Assembly: GCA_965215125.1 (NCBI GenBank)
Contig: OZ244052.1
Location: 1,216,001-1,280,000 of the forward strand
Reading direction: 5' to 3'
Source of the DNA: an uncultured candidatus Porisulfidus sp.
GTDB lineage: Bacteria; Pseudomonadota; Gammaproteobacteria; Poriferisulfidales; Oxydemutatoraceae
DNA: 64,000 nt
Shown here: positions 50,110 to 61,076 of the stretch, piece by piece
How the letters are laid out: every line of letters begins with the position of its first letter
Numbering within the stretch: the stretch's first letter is position 1
Made by a program: the position numbers and the translations under genes
The notes under the pieces: generated by a model
The model's database searches: none
What the model was told of the DNA's origin: nothing
What the model saw: only the letters and a program-made list of their open reading frames with translations

Positions 50110-51108
50110 ATGCACAGTTTAACGATTATCGGTGCAGGTATATGGGGGACGGCACTTGCCGTACAATTTGCCGAGCGTGGATGCAAGGTTAATCTATGGG
50201 GGCGCAATCAAACACTGATGAAAAAAATGGTAGCCAGCAGCTACAACGAAACCTACCTTCCGAACACCAGATTACCCGATGAAATTAAATGTCATCAAGA
50301 CTTTGCGACGGCGATTGCCGACGGTGACATCCTTTTATTCGCAACCCCGACTGCGACGATACGCCGCCTGATTGAGCGTATCAACCCGATACTCGATGAG
50401 CGACATCAAGGGATTGCTTGGGCGTGTAAGGGTGTGGAAGCGGATAGCGGTCGTTGGATACACGAAGTCGTCTCGGAAACGCTCGGCAACCAACTGCCGT
50501 TGGCAGCCGTGTCGGGACCCTCTTTTGCACACGAAGTAGCAGCGGGTCTACCGACGGCATTGGTCATCGCTTGCGAACAAAAATCTTTTGCCGATATGCT
50601 TGCCGAATTATTGCACGGCGACAGGCTGCGTGTTTATACAACCGACGATATGATCGGTGTAGAATGTGGTGGTGCGTTGAAAAACATCATTGCGATTGCC
50701 GCCGGTATAGCCGACGGACTGGCATTAGGAGAAAATGCCAAAGCGGCACTTATCACCCGTGGTATAAACGAAGCGATTCGCTTTACCGAAGCGGTAGGGG
50801 GACGCGCCGAGACGATAGTCGGATTGGCAGGAATAGGCGATATTGTGTTGTCGTGTGCAAGCAACCGATCCCGTAATCAAAATTTCGGTAGAATGATTGT
50901 AGAATACGGGGGTGCTCGCAAAGCGCGCGAGCAGAATACCAAGGTGGTTGAAGGTGTAGACGCTACAGAGGCGGTGTTGAAGATAGCCCATCGGCACAAA
51001 ATAGAAATGCCCATCTGTGAACAGATTGCATTGATTTTAGCCGATCGGATTCGTGCCGAAGCGGCGGTGGAACAACTGCTCCGGCGGCAAGCACCTTTCA
51101 AACCGTAA
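50110..51108 (+). CDS. gpsA: NAD(P)H-dependent glycerol-3-phosphate dehydrogenase
   Basis: GAGIWGTALA, SGPSFA, GGALKN, SRN. Confidence 0.95.
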   Translation: MHSLTIIGAGIWGTALAVQFAERGCKVNLWGRNQTLMKKMVASSYNETYLPNTRLPDEIKCHQDFATAIADGDILLFATPTATIRRLIERINPILDERHQGIAWACKGVEADSGRWIHEVVSETLGNQLPLAAVSGPSFAHEVAAGLPTALVIACEQKSFADMLAELLHGDRLRVYTTDDMIGVECGGALKNIIAIAAGIADGLALGENAKAALITRGINEAIRFTEAVGGRAETIVGLAGIGDIVLSCASNRSRNQNFGRMIVEYGGARKAREQNTKVVEGVDATEAVLKIAHRHKIEMPICEQIALILADRIRAEAAVEQLLRRQAPFKP

Positions 51109-51149
51109 TAACTTATGCCGTGTATAAAAAATTTCGGTGATATTTGAGC

Positions 51150-52118
51150 ATGTCAAAAAATGCCGCCCCTAAAAATCCCGAATTAGGGATAGAGTTTTGC
51201 AACTTAGATTTTAATTCCCCTTTAGTACTGTTATCGGGATGTGTAGGTTTCGGCGACGAGTATACTCGCGTAGACGGATTCTCGCTTGAAGAAGTCGGTG
51301 CGGTATGTCTCAAGGGCACAACTTTGGAAAAACGTATCGGCAATCCCACCCATAGGGTTGCCGAGACCGACGACGGTATGCTCAATGCAATCGGCTTACA
51401 AAATCCAGGCATCGATGTGTTGGTTGACGATATATTGCCGACATTGGATTTTTCTAAAACCCGCTACATTGCCAACATCGCAGGCACTTACATTGAAGAG
51501 TACGGCGAGTTGGCACGCCGCCTCGACGATACCGAAATTGATGCAATAGAGATTAATATATCGTGTCCTAATGTGAAAAAAGGTGGCACCGAGTTCGGTA
51601 ACGACCCCACGGTCTCGGCACAAATCGTAGAGGTTTGCCGTAAAGCGACCTCTAAAACGCTGATCACCAAACTTTCTCCCAATCAAACCGATATTGCCGA
51701 GAATGCGAGACGTTGTTTGGAAGCCGGTAGCGATGCCTTTGCGGTTATTAATACGATTTCAGGTATGAAGATAGACATAGATAAGCGGATGCCGGTATTG
51801 GGCAACGATTGCGGTGGTTTGTCGGGCCCGGCGATTAAACCGATAGCACTGCTTAAAGTATTTGAGGTTTATCAAGTGTGCCGTGCGCACCGCATACCGA
51901 TTATCGGGCAAGGCGGCGTAGTCGACGGACAAGATGCGATTGAGTTTATGCTGGCAGGTGCGACCGCGGTCGGCATAGGCACCGCTTTGTTTTATGAACC
52001 ACTGATTTGTGCAAAAATAAATCGGGATATTGCCGCCTATCTGATTAAACATAAATTATCAAATGTTCAAGCACTAATCGGCTCTCTAAAGACCCACCGA
52101 CTCCCGGGGCATCAGTGA
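51150..52118 (+). CDS. pyrD: Dihydroorotate dehydrogenase, class 1 (cytosolic, Cys base)
   Basis: NAIGLQNPG, INISCPN, KLSPN, GGLSGPAIKP. Confidence 0.9.
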   Translation: MSKNAAPKNPELGIEFCNLDFNSPLVLLSGCVGFGDEYTRVDGFSLEEVGAVCLKGTTLEKRIGNPTHRVAETDDGMLNAIGLQNPGIDVLVDDILPTLDFSKTRYIANIAGTYIEEYGELARRLDDTEIDAIEINISCPNVKKGGTEFGNDPTVSAQIVEVCRKATSKTLITKLSPNQTDIAENARRCLEAGSDAFAVINTISGMKIDIDKRMPVLGNDCGGLSGPAIKPIALLKVFEVYQVCRAHRIPIIGQGGVVDGQDAIEFMLAGATAVGIGTALFYEPLICAKINRDIAAYLIKHKLSNVQALIGSLKTHRLPGHQ

Positions 52119-52855
52119 TTATTTCGCATAGGCTCAAAGTAATACACATAAAGTTAATAAAGGTGGCCGGCAGTTCTTTTGAGACGGCACTCTCAAAATA
52201 CTGCGGCCCTAACGATGTGCTGTCTAGGATACATGGGCCGGACATGAAACTGCGAGAGACTTTAGGATTTCCTTCTGCACAAAACTATGAGCCTTTTATG
52301 GTAAGAAATCGCATAGATCATTTAGATGCCGATAAAATAAAAGAATTAATCGGACCGTACCTTTTTGATAATTATCTAAAGATAGCAATTATACGGAACC
52401 CATACCAAAAAGCTATTTCATGGTATTTTTGGAAAAAAAGGCGTGAAAAGCTAAGCGAGATAAAAGAAGACTTTGAAGAATTTATAGCTTCCAGCTGTCG
52501 TGAAAAAAGGATCAGATTCAGCCCCTTTCTGGATTATTATCAGATACATATTGACGGGAAGTCGGTCGCTGATTTTATAATTAGATATGAACGCTTGAAT
52601 GAGGATATCAAAAAGCTGGAAGAGAAAATAGTATGTCCCGGTTTACTGGAAACATTTTTAAGCCTTAACGCGAAAAGGAATATACGTCCTGAAAAAACGA
52701 CTTCCCTTTATGATGTATATTCCAAATATCCGAAAGCGAAGGCGATGATAGACGAGGTGTATTACAGACATTCGGACAAATACGAATTAATGCAAGAATA
52801 TTGGCCGGCGTATAAAGCCGAATTAGATGCCATTTTAGGGCGCATTTCCAAGTAG
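52115..52855 (+). CDS. Sulfotransferase family 2-like protein (tandem copy 1)
   Basis: IISH...IHIKLIKVAGSS, IRNPYQKAISWY, DFIIRYERL.ED. Confidence 0.82.
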   Translation: MIISHRLKVIHIKLIKVAGSSFETALSKYCGPNDVLSRIHGPDMKLRETLGFPSAQNYEPFMVRNRIDHLDADKIKELIGPYLFDNYLKIAIIRNPYQKAISWYFWKKRREKLSEIKEDFEEFIASSCREKRIRFSPFLDYYQIHIDGKSVADFIIRYERLNEDIKKLEEKIVCPGLLETFLSLNAKRNIRPEKTTSLYDVYSKYPKAKAMIDEVYYRHSDKYELMQEYWPAYKAELDAILGRISK

Positions 52856-52870
52856 TTTATTAGGGTATAG

Positions 52871-53611
52871 ATGATTATTTCGCATAAGCTCAAAGTAATA
52901 CACATAAAGTTAAAAAAGGTTGCCGGCAGTTCTTTTGAGATGGCACTCTCAAGATATTGCGATCTTGACGATATTTTCTCTAAGAGATATAAGCCGGATA
53001 TGAAACTACGAGAGACTTTAGGGTTTTCTTCTGTACAAAATTATGAGCCTTTTGTGATAAAAGGTAACATAGATCATTTAGGTGCCGATAAAATAAGAGA
53101 ATTAATCGGACCGGATATTTTTGATAATTACTTGAAAATAGCAATTATACGGAACCCATACCAAAAAGCTATTTCATGGTATTTTTGGAAAAAAAGGAAT
53201 GAGAAGCTAAGCGAGATAAAAGAAGACTTTGAAGAATTTATAGCTTCCATCTTTCGTCAAAAAAAGACCAGACTCAACCCCATAATGGATTATCATCTGA
53301 TACATATCGACGGGAAGTCGGTCGCTGATTTTATAATTAGGTATGAACGCTTGAATGAGGATATCAAAAAGCTGGAAGAGAAAATAGCATGTCCCGGTTT
53401 GTTAGAAACATTTCTGAGCCTTAATCTGAAAGGGAATATACGCCCTGAAAAAACGACTTCCCTCTATGATGTATATTCCAAATATCCGAAAGCGAAGGCG
53501 ATGATAGACGAGATGTATTACAGATATCTAGACAAATACGAATTAATGCAAGAATATTGGCCGGCGTATAAAGCCGAATTAGATGCTATCTTGAACCACG
53601 TTTCCAAGTAA
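52871..53611 (+). CDS. Sulfotransferase family 2-like protein (tandem copy 2)
   Basis: Same motifs; 45 of 246 residues differ from copy 1 (hand count). Confidence 0.82.
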   Translation: MIISHKLKVIHIKLKKVAGSSFEMALSRYCDLDDIFSKRYKPDMKLRETLGFSSVQNYEPFVIKGNIDHLGADKIRELIGPDIFDNYLKIAIIRNPYQKAISWYFWKKRNEKLSEIKEDFEEFIASIFRQKKTRLNPIMDYHLIHIDGKSVADFIIRYERLNEDIKKLEEKIACPGLLETFLSLNLKGNIRPEKTTSLYDVYSKYPKAKAMIDEMYYRYLDKYELMQEYWPAYKAELDAILNHVSK

Positions 53612-53612
53612 T

Positions 53613-54332
53613 TCAAAAATCACTTGTTTCTTTGAGTACTTGTTTGACGAAAGGAACCGTAAGCCGTCGTTTGCACTGAAATCCGACTCGGCTGATACGA
53701 TCAACCACCTTAGTTAAATAATCCATATCGCGAGGATAATGGTTTAGTAAATAAGTAATCGTTGTCTTCGGTATCTCCGAACCGTTAAACTTGGCATGTA
53801 GAGAGAGCGCGGTTGGCTTCTCTATATCGGGAACCGCCGTCAACCGAAAGACGCTGCCCCATAGCAAACGCGAGTGTAAGTCGGCTAATCGAAGGGTCAA
53901 ATGCTTGGGATTGCTGCGCCCTGCCATAAGCAAACAACCATTTTCGCTACGTAGCCGATTTATCAAATGAAAAAGTGGATATTCAAGTTTAAGTTCTGTG
54001 TGGGTAATTAAGTCGATGTCGTCTATACAGACTAGGTCGACCGATTCTAACCCTTTGAGAATTTGGTCGGCTTCCTGCCTCACATGTTGCAGAGGTAGAT
54101 AGATGCTACTTTTAGTGCAGTGTGATACTTCACTGCAGGCGGCTTGCAACAAATGGCTTTTACCACTTGCAGCTTTCCCCCAAAGATAAGTTTGATTACC
54201 CTTAAGGCTATCGTTTCGGCATAGACCAAGCAAATGGTCTACTGCGGTTCGGTTATTTGTCGCTAGGAAATTATCAAAGACTTTATTTTTTTCCGGGCTC
54301 AGCCGTAGCAACAATTGCTTGGGCAAACTCAT
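53613..54332 (-). CDS. hda: DnaA regulatory inactivator
   Basis: QLLL clamp-binding motif, GKSHLL, DLHSRL, LTVPFVK; purM-linked synteny. Confidence 0.92.
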   Translation of the reverse strand: MSLPKQLLLRLSPEKNKVFDNFLATNNRTAVDHLLGLCRNDSLKGNQTYLWGKAASGKSHLLQAACSEVSHCTKSSIYLPLQHVRQEADQILKGLESVDLVCIDDIDLITHTELKLEYPLFHLINRLRSENGCLLMAGRSNPKHLTLRLADLHSRLLWGSVFRLTAVPDIEKPTALSLHAKFNGSEIPKTTITYLLNHYPRDMDYLTKVVDRISRVGFQCKRRLTVPFVKQVLKETSDF

Positions 54333-55372
54333 GTTAAAAGTTCCGATGTATTAGGCAGTGAATTTTCACGCCACACTCTCAGCATTGCGAGCAGTATAGA
54401 GGCGACGGGTAACGCCAACAGAACACCTAAAAAACCGAATAGCTGTCCGCCGACAATCACCGAGAAGATTACCGCGAGCGGATGCAATCCTAGACGGTTA
54501 CCGATCAACTGGGGGTTTAAAAAAAACGACTCGACGAACTGCACGACGACGAACAATAGAACCAAATAGAGCATCTGCGTCCAATCCAATCCGAACTGCA
54601 CCAACAAGGCCATCGACGCTGCCGCCAAGCCGATTAACCAGCCTGCGTAAGGGATAAAGCTCAGCAACCCGGTGAGTATGCCTATAACCAGTGCCAGCTT
54701 TAAGCCGATAAGATAGAGGCCGATGCTATAGAGGGTCGCAAGCGACAACATCACCGTTAACTGTCCGCGCATAAAAGCCGAAAAGATTTTGTCGGTCTCA
54801 CTACCTAAGCGGCAAACGGTTGTTCGGATCGAGGCGGCTAATAAATCTTTGAGATTATCGAACATCTTGTTCCAATCTCGCAACAGATAAAAACTGATCA
54901 GCGGCGTTAATAACAGTGTTATCAGTAATGTGAAGAAAGCACCGCCGCCGATTGCCAACCATCCGATCAGTCGGTCGGTGGTAACTGCGGCACTACGCCA
55001 ATGCTCGCTTAGCAACTGCCTGATACTTTCTATACTCCATTGGCGTTCGTAAGCTGGGAACAGTCCGACAATCTTTTGTTGAAACCATTGTATGAGTTCC
55101 GGCAAATGCATCGTTATCCACCCGATCTGTGCTTGAACGATCGGAACCAATAGTAACAAGACAATACTCAAGCTAAGCAAAATGACGACGAGTATTAGCA
55201 AAGCCGAAGGTGTGCGACCTAATCCCATACGCGTCAACCAAGACACGCCCGGGGTGCCGAGGTATGCCAATAAAAAGCCCAACGCAAAGGGCGTTAATAT
55301 CGGCTTTAGACTATAAATTGCTAGAGCCGATAAAGCCAGTCCTATCAAAATAACCAATAGTTTTGAGGACAT
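54329..55372 (-). CDS. AI-2E family transporter
   Basis: FYLLRDW, FMRGQ, FIPY.G, LHP..VI. Confidence 0.9.
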   Translation of the reverse strand: MSSKLLVILIGLALSALAIYSLKPILTPFALGFLLAYLGTPGVSWLTRMGLGRTPSALLILVVILLSLSIVLLLLVPIVQAQIGWITMHLPELIQWFQQKIVGLFPAYERQWSIESIRQLLSEHWRSAAVTTDRLIGWLAIGGGAFFTLLITLLLTPLISFYLLRDWNKMFDNLKDLLAASIRTTVCRLGSETDKIFSAFMRGQLTVMLSLATLYSIGLYLIGLKLALVIGILTGLLSFIPYAGWLIGLAAASMALLVQFGLDWTQMLYLVLLFVVVQFVESFFLNPQLIGNRLGLHPLAVIFSVIVGGQLFGFLGVLLALPVASILLAMLRVWRENSLPNTSELLT

Positions 55373-55394
55373 TGTCGGGTTGCGGCAAGTTTAT

Positions 55395-55946
55395 TCAGGC
55401 TCGTGCTCTAATCGCACTACGCCCCCAAGTCCATACATAAGCTATACCGCTTAGTAAAGTCGTGGTTGCAACGATATTTATCAGCCCCCCGATCCATTGT
55501 GCGGGAACAAAATTGATTTGGCTGTATATCACGATAACGGTGAGCAACAGTTGAAAAAAAGTATTTGCTTTGCTCAGCATCGAGGGACTTGCACGAAACT
55601 TCTCGATGTATAAATAATAGGTATAACCACCGGCTACGATTATCAAATCACGCGCAATAATGAGCAAAACCAACCAAACCGGTAGCAATCCTATATAAGC
55701 TAAGGTTATCGTGGTGCCGATTAGCATAAACTTATCGCAGATCGGATCGAAGAACTCGCCGAAGCGAGAAACACAATTTAGTTTTTTAGCGAGAAAACCG
55801 TCAAATGCATCGGTTAAGCCCATCACAATAATCAGATAGAGCGCGCCGTCAAAGTTGCCGCGCAACAAAAGATATATCAGCACCGGTATCAACAGTAGCC
55901 GGATACCGGTTAATAAATTGGGTATATGTCTCGTTACGTAGTTCAT
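55395..55946 (-). CDS. CDP-alcohol phosphatidyltransferase
   Basis: PNLLT..R, TDAFDG.LA..G..DP..DK. Confidence 0.92.
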   Translation of the reverse strand: MNYVTRHIPNLLTGIRLLLIPVLIYLLLRGNFDGALYLIIVMGLTDAFDGFLAKKLNCVSRFGEFFDPICDKFMLIGTTITLAYIGLLPVWLVLLIIARDLIIVAGGYTYYLYIEKFRASPSMLSKANTFFQLLLTVIVIYSQINFVPAQWIGGLINIVATTTLLSGIAYVWTWGRSAIRARA

Positions 55947-56017
55947 TATAGTTAATAAAACCTAGCCTTGAATCAGGTAAAATAATTATTTTACCCTAAA
56001 GAAGCAAACATATTTTA

Positions 56018-57070
56018 ATGTCCCAAAATAACCCCAAACATTCAAGCGAACATTATCAACAAGCCGGTGTGGATATTGCCGCAGGTGAGGCGTTGGTCGA
56101 GAAAATCAAACCACTTTGCGAACAAACCGTTCGCAAAGGTGTAGTAAGCCACATCGGCGGATATGCAGGATTATTCGATATAGCGGCTGCAGGCTATAAA
56201 GCACCGGTAATGCTCGCTGCAACCGACGGTGTGGGGACCAAGCTAAAACTCGCGCAGGCAATGAATAAACATGACACCCTAGGCATAGATTTAGTCGCAA
56301 TGTGTGTCAACGATATCCTCGCACAGGGCGGAGAGCCGCTTATCTTTCTGGATTATCTTGCCTGTGGAAAACTTGAGGTAGATGCCGCGTACGAGACTAT
56401 TCAAGGCATCGTGCAAGGATGCAAGGAAGCGAATACTACATTGCTCGGCGGCGAAACCGCCGAGATGCCGGGGTGTTATCGGCAGGGTGAATACGATCTT
56501 GCCGGTTTCGCTGTGGGCTTGGCCGAACGCGGTAGCCTGCTACCCAAGAAAGACATTAAAGCGGGTGACATCATCATAGGGATTGCATCGAGTGGTTTGC
56601 ATTCCAACGGCTATTCGATCGTCAACAAACTCATTGCCGAGCACCGTGTCAAATTGGATGAACCTTTGGGAGATAGTACGCTCGGAGAACTTTTATTGCG
56701 TCCCACAACGATTTATGTACGCACATTATTGCCGTTGATACGGCGAGGATTGATAGCCGCGCTCGCACATATTACCGGCGGTGGCATCAGTTCCAACCTG
56801 CCGCGTGTTTTACCCGAACACCGCTGTGCTTATATCAATACAGATAGTTGGCAACGACCCGAAGTTTTTGATTGGTTGCAGACACAATGCAATGTGCCTG
56901 CCGAAGAAATGCTAAGTGTCTATAACTGCGGTATCGGTATGGTGTTGATTATCGCCCCGCAACAGCAAGCCGAAGTTATACGGCACTTAGAACATGCGAA
57001 GATGTCTGCATGGCAAATCGGTAAGATCGCATCGCATCAAGAAGCACAACCTTGTGTAATTTATCATTAG
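56018..57070 (+). CDS. purM: Phosphoribosylformylglycinamidine cyclo-ligase
   Basis: TDGVGTK, GGETAEMPG, HSNGYS, HITGGG. Confidence 0.97.
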   Translation: MSQNNPKHSSEHYQQAGVDIAAGEALVEKIKPLCEQTVRKGVVSHIGGYAGLFDIAAAGYKAPVMLAATDGVGTKLKLAQAMNKHDTLGIDLVAMCVNDILAQGGEPLIFLDYLACGKLEVDAAYETIQGIVQGCKEANTTLLGGETAEMPGCYRQGEYDLAGFAVGLAERGSLLPKKDIKAGDIIIGIASSGLHSNGYSIVNKLIAEHRVKLDEPLGDSTLGELLLRPTTIYVRTLLPLIRRGLIAALAHITGGGISSNLPRVLPEHRCAYINTDSWQRPEVFDWLQTQCNVPAEEMLSVYNCGIGMVLIIAPQQQAEVIRHLEHAKMSAWQIGKIASHQEAQPCVIYH

Positions 57071-57086
57071 TACGCCGAGTTAGTCG

Positions 57087-57725
57087 GTGAAACGAATCGT
57101 TGTTTTAGTCTCCGGTCGCGGGAGTAATTTAGAAGCACTGATCGCAGCAACTAAAGCAGGTTCTATCAACGGTGAAATCGTATGCGTGATCAGCGATCGC
57201 ACTGATGCAATCGCGTTGCACAAGGCACAATACGAGCAGATTGCCACATCGGTGGTTGATGACCAAGCCGATTCCACCGACAGTGTGTATTTTGAAACCG
57301 CTTTAATTGAAAACATACGACAACATCAACCCGACTTGATATTGTTGGCAGGCTTTATGAAGATATTGAGTCCCCGTTTTGTCGACACTTTTGAAGCGCA
57401 TATTCTAAATATCCACCCGTCTTTATTGCCGGCGTATAAAGGGTTGGATACACATCGACGAGTTCTGGAAGCGGGTGAGCGGTTTCACGGCTGTAGCGTG
57501 CATTTTGTGACCTCCGAATTGGACGGCGGACCGGTGATAATACAAGCGCGTGTTGCCGTAAAAGAAGACGATAACCCCCAAACACTTGCCACACGAGTGC
57601 TTGTGCAAGAACACCGCATCTACCCGTATGCAACGGCACTGTTTTGCGAAGATCGCATCATCATGCAAGCCGAGCAATGCTGGTTGGATAATAAAATTTT
57701 AGATCGTCCACTGAGCCTAGATTAA
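57087..57725 (+). CDS. purN: Phosphoribosylglycinamide formyltransferase
   Basis: SGRGSNL, NIHPSLLP, HFVT..LDGGP. Confidence 0.97.
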   Translation: MKRIVVLVSGRGSNLEALIAATKAGSINGEIVCVISDRTDAIALHKAQYEQIATSVVDDQADSTDSVYFETALIENIRQHQPDLILLAGFMKILSPRFVDTFEAHILNIHPSLLPAYKGLDTHRRVLEAGERFHGCSVHFVTSELDGGPVIIQARVAVKEDDNPQTLATRVLVQEHRIYPYATALFCEDRIIMQAEQCWLDNKILDRPLSLD

Positions 57726-57789
57726 TGTTCACGAATTACTGCCGAGTACAGTTGTTAGTACATCCCCCTTTTGACGGGGTGGTTATCGT

Positions 57790-59022
57790 TTAATTGCCGA
57801 GCTTGCGCGGTACCCGCATTAGAAAAATAATCAACCCGAGTACCAGCATGAAAATTAACGACAACAAACCCACCCTCGGATTATCGCTGATATGCGTTGC
57901 GGTGCCGAATAGTAGCGGACCTAAAACGACTGCAAACTTGCCCAGCATGTTGTAAATTCCAAAAAATTGAGCGGCGTGCTTTTTAGGTACTAACTCGGCG
58001 TAGAAAGCGCGGCTCTGGGCTTGTAGCCCACCCTGTACTAAGGCGATTAACACCACTAAAAAATAAAAACCTGCGATGGATTCTAATAAAGCCCCCCAAA
58101 TGCAGATAACGATATAAATAATAATGCCGATTACTATCATAAGGTGCGTGCCCAAGCGTTCCGCTAGACGACCGTAAATCAAGGTCGCCGGGAAGGCGAT
58201 GAATTGCACCAGCAATAGAGCAGCTAAGAGATCATTCGTTGAAAATCCGATAACCTGCCCGTAATGCACTGCAATTCTGATAACCGTATCTACCGCATCT
58301 ATATAAAGCCAGTATGCCAATAAAAACCATGCTATGGCAGGTTGGGCACGTAATAGCCTAAGCGGTTTTAGAAAACCGAAAGCAGACGACTGGCGTTTGT
58401 GTCTCTCGCCTACCCATAGAAATAGCGGGATGCTGAATAATAGCCACCATATACCTACTCCGGCAAAAGTATCTTGCATTTTTTCAATACCGCTTTGCCA
58501 TATAATCAATACGCTAACAATCAGGGCTATCCCGCCGCCTAGGTAGCCCAAAGCAAAACCGGTTGACGAGATACGGTTGTAATAAGTGGGAGAAGTGACG
58601 CTGACCAGTAGCGAATCGTAAAAAACATTACCTGCCATAAACATAAAGACCGATAGAACATAACAAGCGATTGCCGCCTGCCACGCCCCTTCATTGATGA
58701 AAGCAAAAGCGATAGTTGCGAGAGATCCGATAAATACGCAAATGGCCAGATAAGGTTTTTTTACCGCTTTGAGGTCGGCTAAATATCCTATCACCGGTGC
58801 CGCCAAGACGAGCAGCAACCCGGACAGCGAAGCGGCAATGCCTAAAAGCAGACTAATTTGGCTATCCGCTAATTGATTCCCCCAGTAGTCTCTAAATAAA
58901 ATAGGGAAAAAACCTGCCAATACCACGGTTGCGAAAGCGGAGTTTGCCCAATCGTACAAAGCCCACGATAAAGTGGCTTTATTCCATCCCTTGCGGGTTA
59001 AACTTTCTAATAAATAGTACAT
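57790..59022 (-). CDS. MFS transporter (UMF1/Atg22-like)
   Basis: SWALYDWANSAF, VFYDSLL, GYLGG, FFGIYN..GK. Confidence 0.9.
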   Translation of the reverse strand: MYYLLESLTRKGWNKATLSWALYDWANSAFATVVLAGFFPILFRDYWGNQLADSQISLLLGIAASLSGLLLVLAAPVIGYLADLKAVKKPYLAICVFIGSLATIAFAFINEGAWQAAIACYVLSVFMFMAGNVFYDSLLVSVTSPTYYNRISSTGFALGYLGGGIALIVSVLIIWQSGIEKMQDTFAGVGIWWLLFSIPLFLWVGERHKRQSSAFGFLKPLRLLRAQPAIAWFLLAYWLYIDAVDTVIRIAVHYGQVIGFSTNDLLAALLLVQFIAFPATLIYGRLAERLGTHLMIVIGIIIYIVICIWGALLESIAGFYFLVVLIALVQGGLQAQSRAFYAELVPKKHAAQFFGIYNMLGKFAVVLGPLLFGTATHISDNPRVGLLSLIFMLVLGLIIFLMRVPRKLGN

Positions 59023-59173
59023 AAACTGTATTAATAATTAAAAGTAAGGCGTGATTACAGAAATTTCAGTATAAAAGAACTGTATTAGAGAAAATTACAA
59101 ATATACCCTACAAAATATCTCATTATTCTAGTATTATAAGCATGTGCCCCGATACAGACTTAATAACAATATC

Positions 59174-60271
59174 ATGAATACGAATAATTTTGGGGGAATA
59201 ATTATTGATGACACATCGCTGTTCGGTATGTGTGTTTTGTTTGAAAAATCCCAAAGTATTGCGCTGGACACCGAATATGTTCGTGAATCCACTTATTATC
59301 CGCAACCGTCCTTAGTACAAATCAGCGACGGTACTGTCCATGCGCTATTAGACATCATGGTACTTAAGGATCTACATCCGTTAAGAAAATTACTTGCGCA
59401 ACCTACAATCACAAAGATCATTCATAGCTATCAACAGGACCTCATGTTATTGGAGTGCATCGCTTGTCCTATTAAAGAATCTTTATTCGATACACAGTTG
59501 GCGGCATCGTTTCTCGGTTTTGGTCGTATGATTAGCTATCAGGATCTAGTTCGGGAAAGTTTAGGCATAAAATTAAAAAAAGGATACGCAAGGTCCGATT
59601 GGCTAACTAGACCTTTGTCCAAGGCACAAATCAAGTATGCAATTGAGGATGTTATTTACTTAAATGAACTGCGAGATTTATTAAAACAACGATTGCAGGA
59701 ATCGGGAAAATTAGAATGGTTTGAAGAGGACAGCAAGCGTATTTTAGAGGATTACTATGCACATAGTTTTGAACGTGCCGTACCTAAAGTATCGGGCGAA
59801 GGCCAACTCGTTTCCGCAGACGAGAAAAGGCGTTTAAGAAAACTGGTTGAATGGCGTGAGGAAAAAGCGATGGAAGTTAATGTACCGAGACGTTGGTTGA
59901 TTAAAGACGAATTCCTTATAGCGGCCGCTAAAAACCAAATGTCGCTTCGTGCGTTGGCAGAAATTTGTAAAGATCATACAGATATAGACATAGATGATCT
60001 TGAAATGCGTCTGCAGTCTACCGAACCGGTATTTTATGATACCGCTCCTATGTCAATAAAGGACAAAAAGTTGGTAGAAAAAATAAAACTCGTCGTGTCG
60101 CAAACGGCTAAGGATCACGAAATAGACAAGTCTTTAATTGCAAGCTACAAACAGATACTGAAATTTGTCAGAGATAAACGAAACAGAAAAAATATGGCAT
60201 TATCGTCCGGCTGGCGTTATCGCATTATCCAGCCGCCGATCCAAGAACTGATCGACGATGATGATAATTAA
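59174..60271 (+). CDS. rnd: Ribonuclease D
   Basis: LDTEY.RESTYYP, FDTQLAA, SDW..RPL, YA..DV; HRDC region. Confidence 0.9.
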   Translation: MNTNNFGGIIIDDTSLFGMCVLFEKSQSIALDTEYVRESTYYPQPSLVQISDGTVHALLDIMVLKDLHPLRKLLAQPTITKIIHSYQQDLMLLECIACPIKESLFDTQLAASFLGFGRMISYQDLVRESLGIKLKKGYARSDWLTRPLSKAQIKYAIEDVIYLNELRDLLKQRLQESGKLEWFEEDSKRILEDYYAHSFERAVPKVSGEGQLVSADEKRRLRKLVEWREEKAMEVNVPRRWLIKDEFLIAAAKNQMSLRALAEICKDHTDIDIDDLEMRLQSTEPVFYDTAPMSIKDKKLVEKIKLVVSQTAKDHEIDKSLIASYKQILKFVRDKRNRKNMALSSGWRYRIIQPPIQELIDDDDN

Positions 60272-60346
60272 CTACGCAAGTGCGTTACGTTTGAGATCTC
60301 CTCGTCTACGAGTGTCGAAAATAAACCACGAGCACTTGATTATTGA

Positions 60347-61009
60347 TTATGTGCGGCATAAGGTTTTTACGCCTTGCGGAGTTGCCACCAATAATTCATC
60401 GGCATGCCGTTTTGCGAATAGTCCCGATGCCACGACACCGGCCAATTGATTGATATCCGATTCGAGTTTTAAGGGGTCACTCATATCCAATGCGGTGACA
60501 TCTAAAATCGTATTTCCGTTATCGCTTAAAAAATTTTCCCGCCATCTAGGTACGCCGCCCATTTTTGATAATTCGCGCGCGACAAAACTCCTTGCCATAG
60601 GAATCACCTCTACCGCTAAAGGGAAGGTGCCGAACGGTTCGGTGATTTTTGTCTCGTCCACGATACATATAAAACGAGAGCTTGCCGTGGCGATGATTTT
60701 CTCACGGGTGAGTGCACCGCCGCCGCCTTTAATCAGACATAAGTTTTGATCGGCTTGATCGGCACCGTCTACATAGAGTGGCAAGGTGTCGGTGGTATTC
60801 AAGTCAACCACCGGAATATTCAATGCCTGCAACTGTTCGGTGGTTCTTTTTGAACTTGAGACCGCACCCTCTATACGAGTGGATATACGCGCCAATGTAG
60901 CAATGAAATAATCTACCGTGGAACCCGTACCCACGCCGACCAAATCGCCGGCTTGTATATATTCTATTGCTGCTTCGGCAGCTGTTTTCTTAAGCGTATC
61001 AACGGACAT
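60347..61009 (-). CDS. rpiA: Ribose-5-phosphate isomerase A
   Basis: [23 protein letters not shown]. Confidence 0.97.
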   Translation of the reverse strand: MSVDTLKKTAAEAAIEYIQAGDLVGVGTGSTVDYFIATLARISTRIEGAVSSSKRTTEQLQALNIPVVDLNTTDTLPLYVDGADQADQNLCLIKGGGGALTREKIIATASSRFICIVDETKITEPFGTFPLAVEVIPMARSFVARELSKMGGVPRWRENFLSDNGNTILDVTALDMSDPLKLESDINQLAGVVASGLFAKRHADELLVATPQGVKTLCRT

Positions 61010-61076
61010 AATTTCTAATAAACTGCATATTATAAGCAGTTAGATTATACTATTGTTCACTGCAACATACGATTTT

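Noticed and set aside
52115-53611. Diversity-generating retroelement template/variable repeat pair
   Set aside because: Differences are not adenine-specific, both copies are full genes, and no reverse transcriptase is present in the window.
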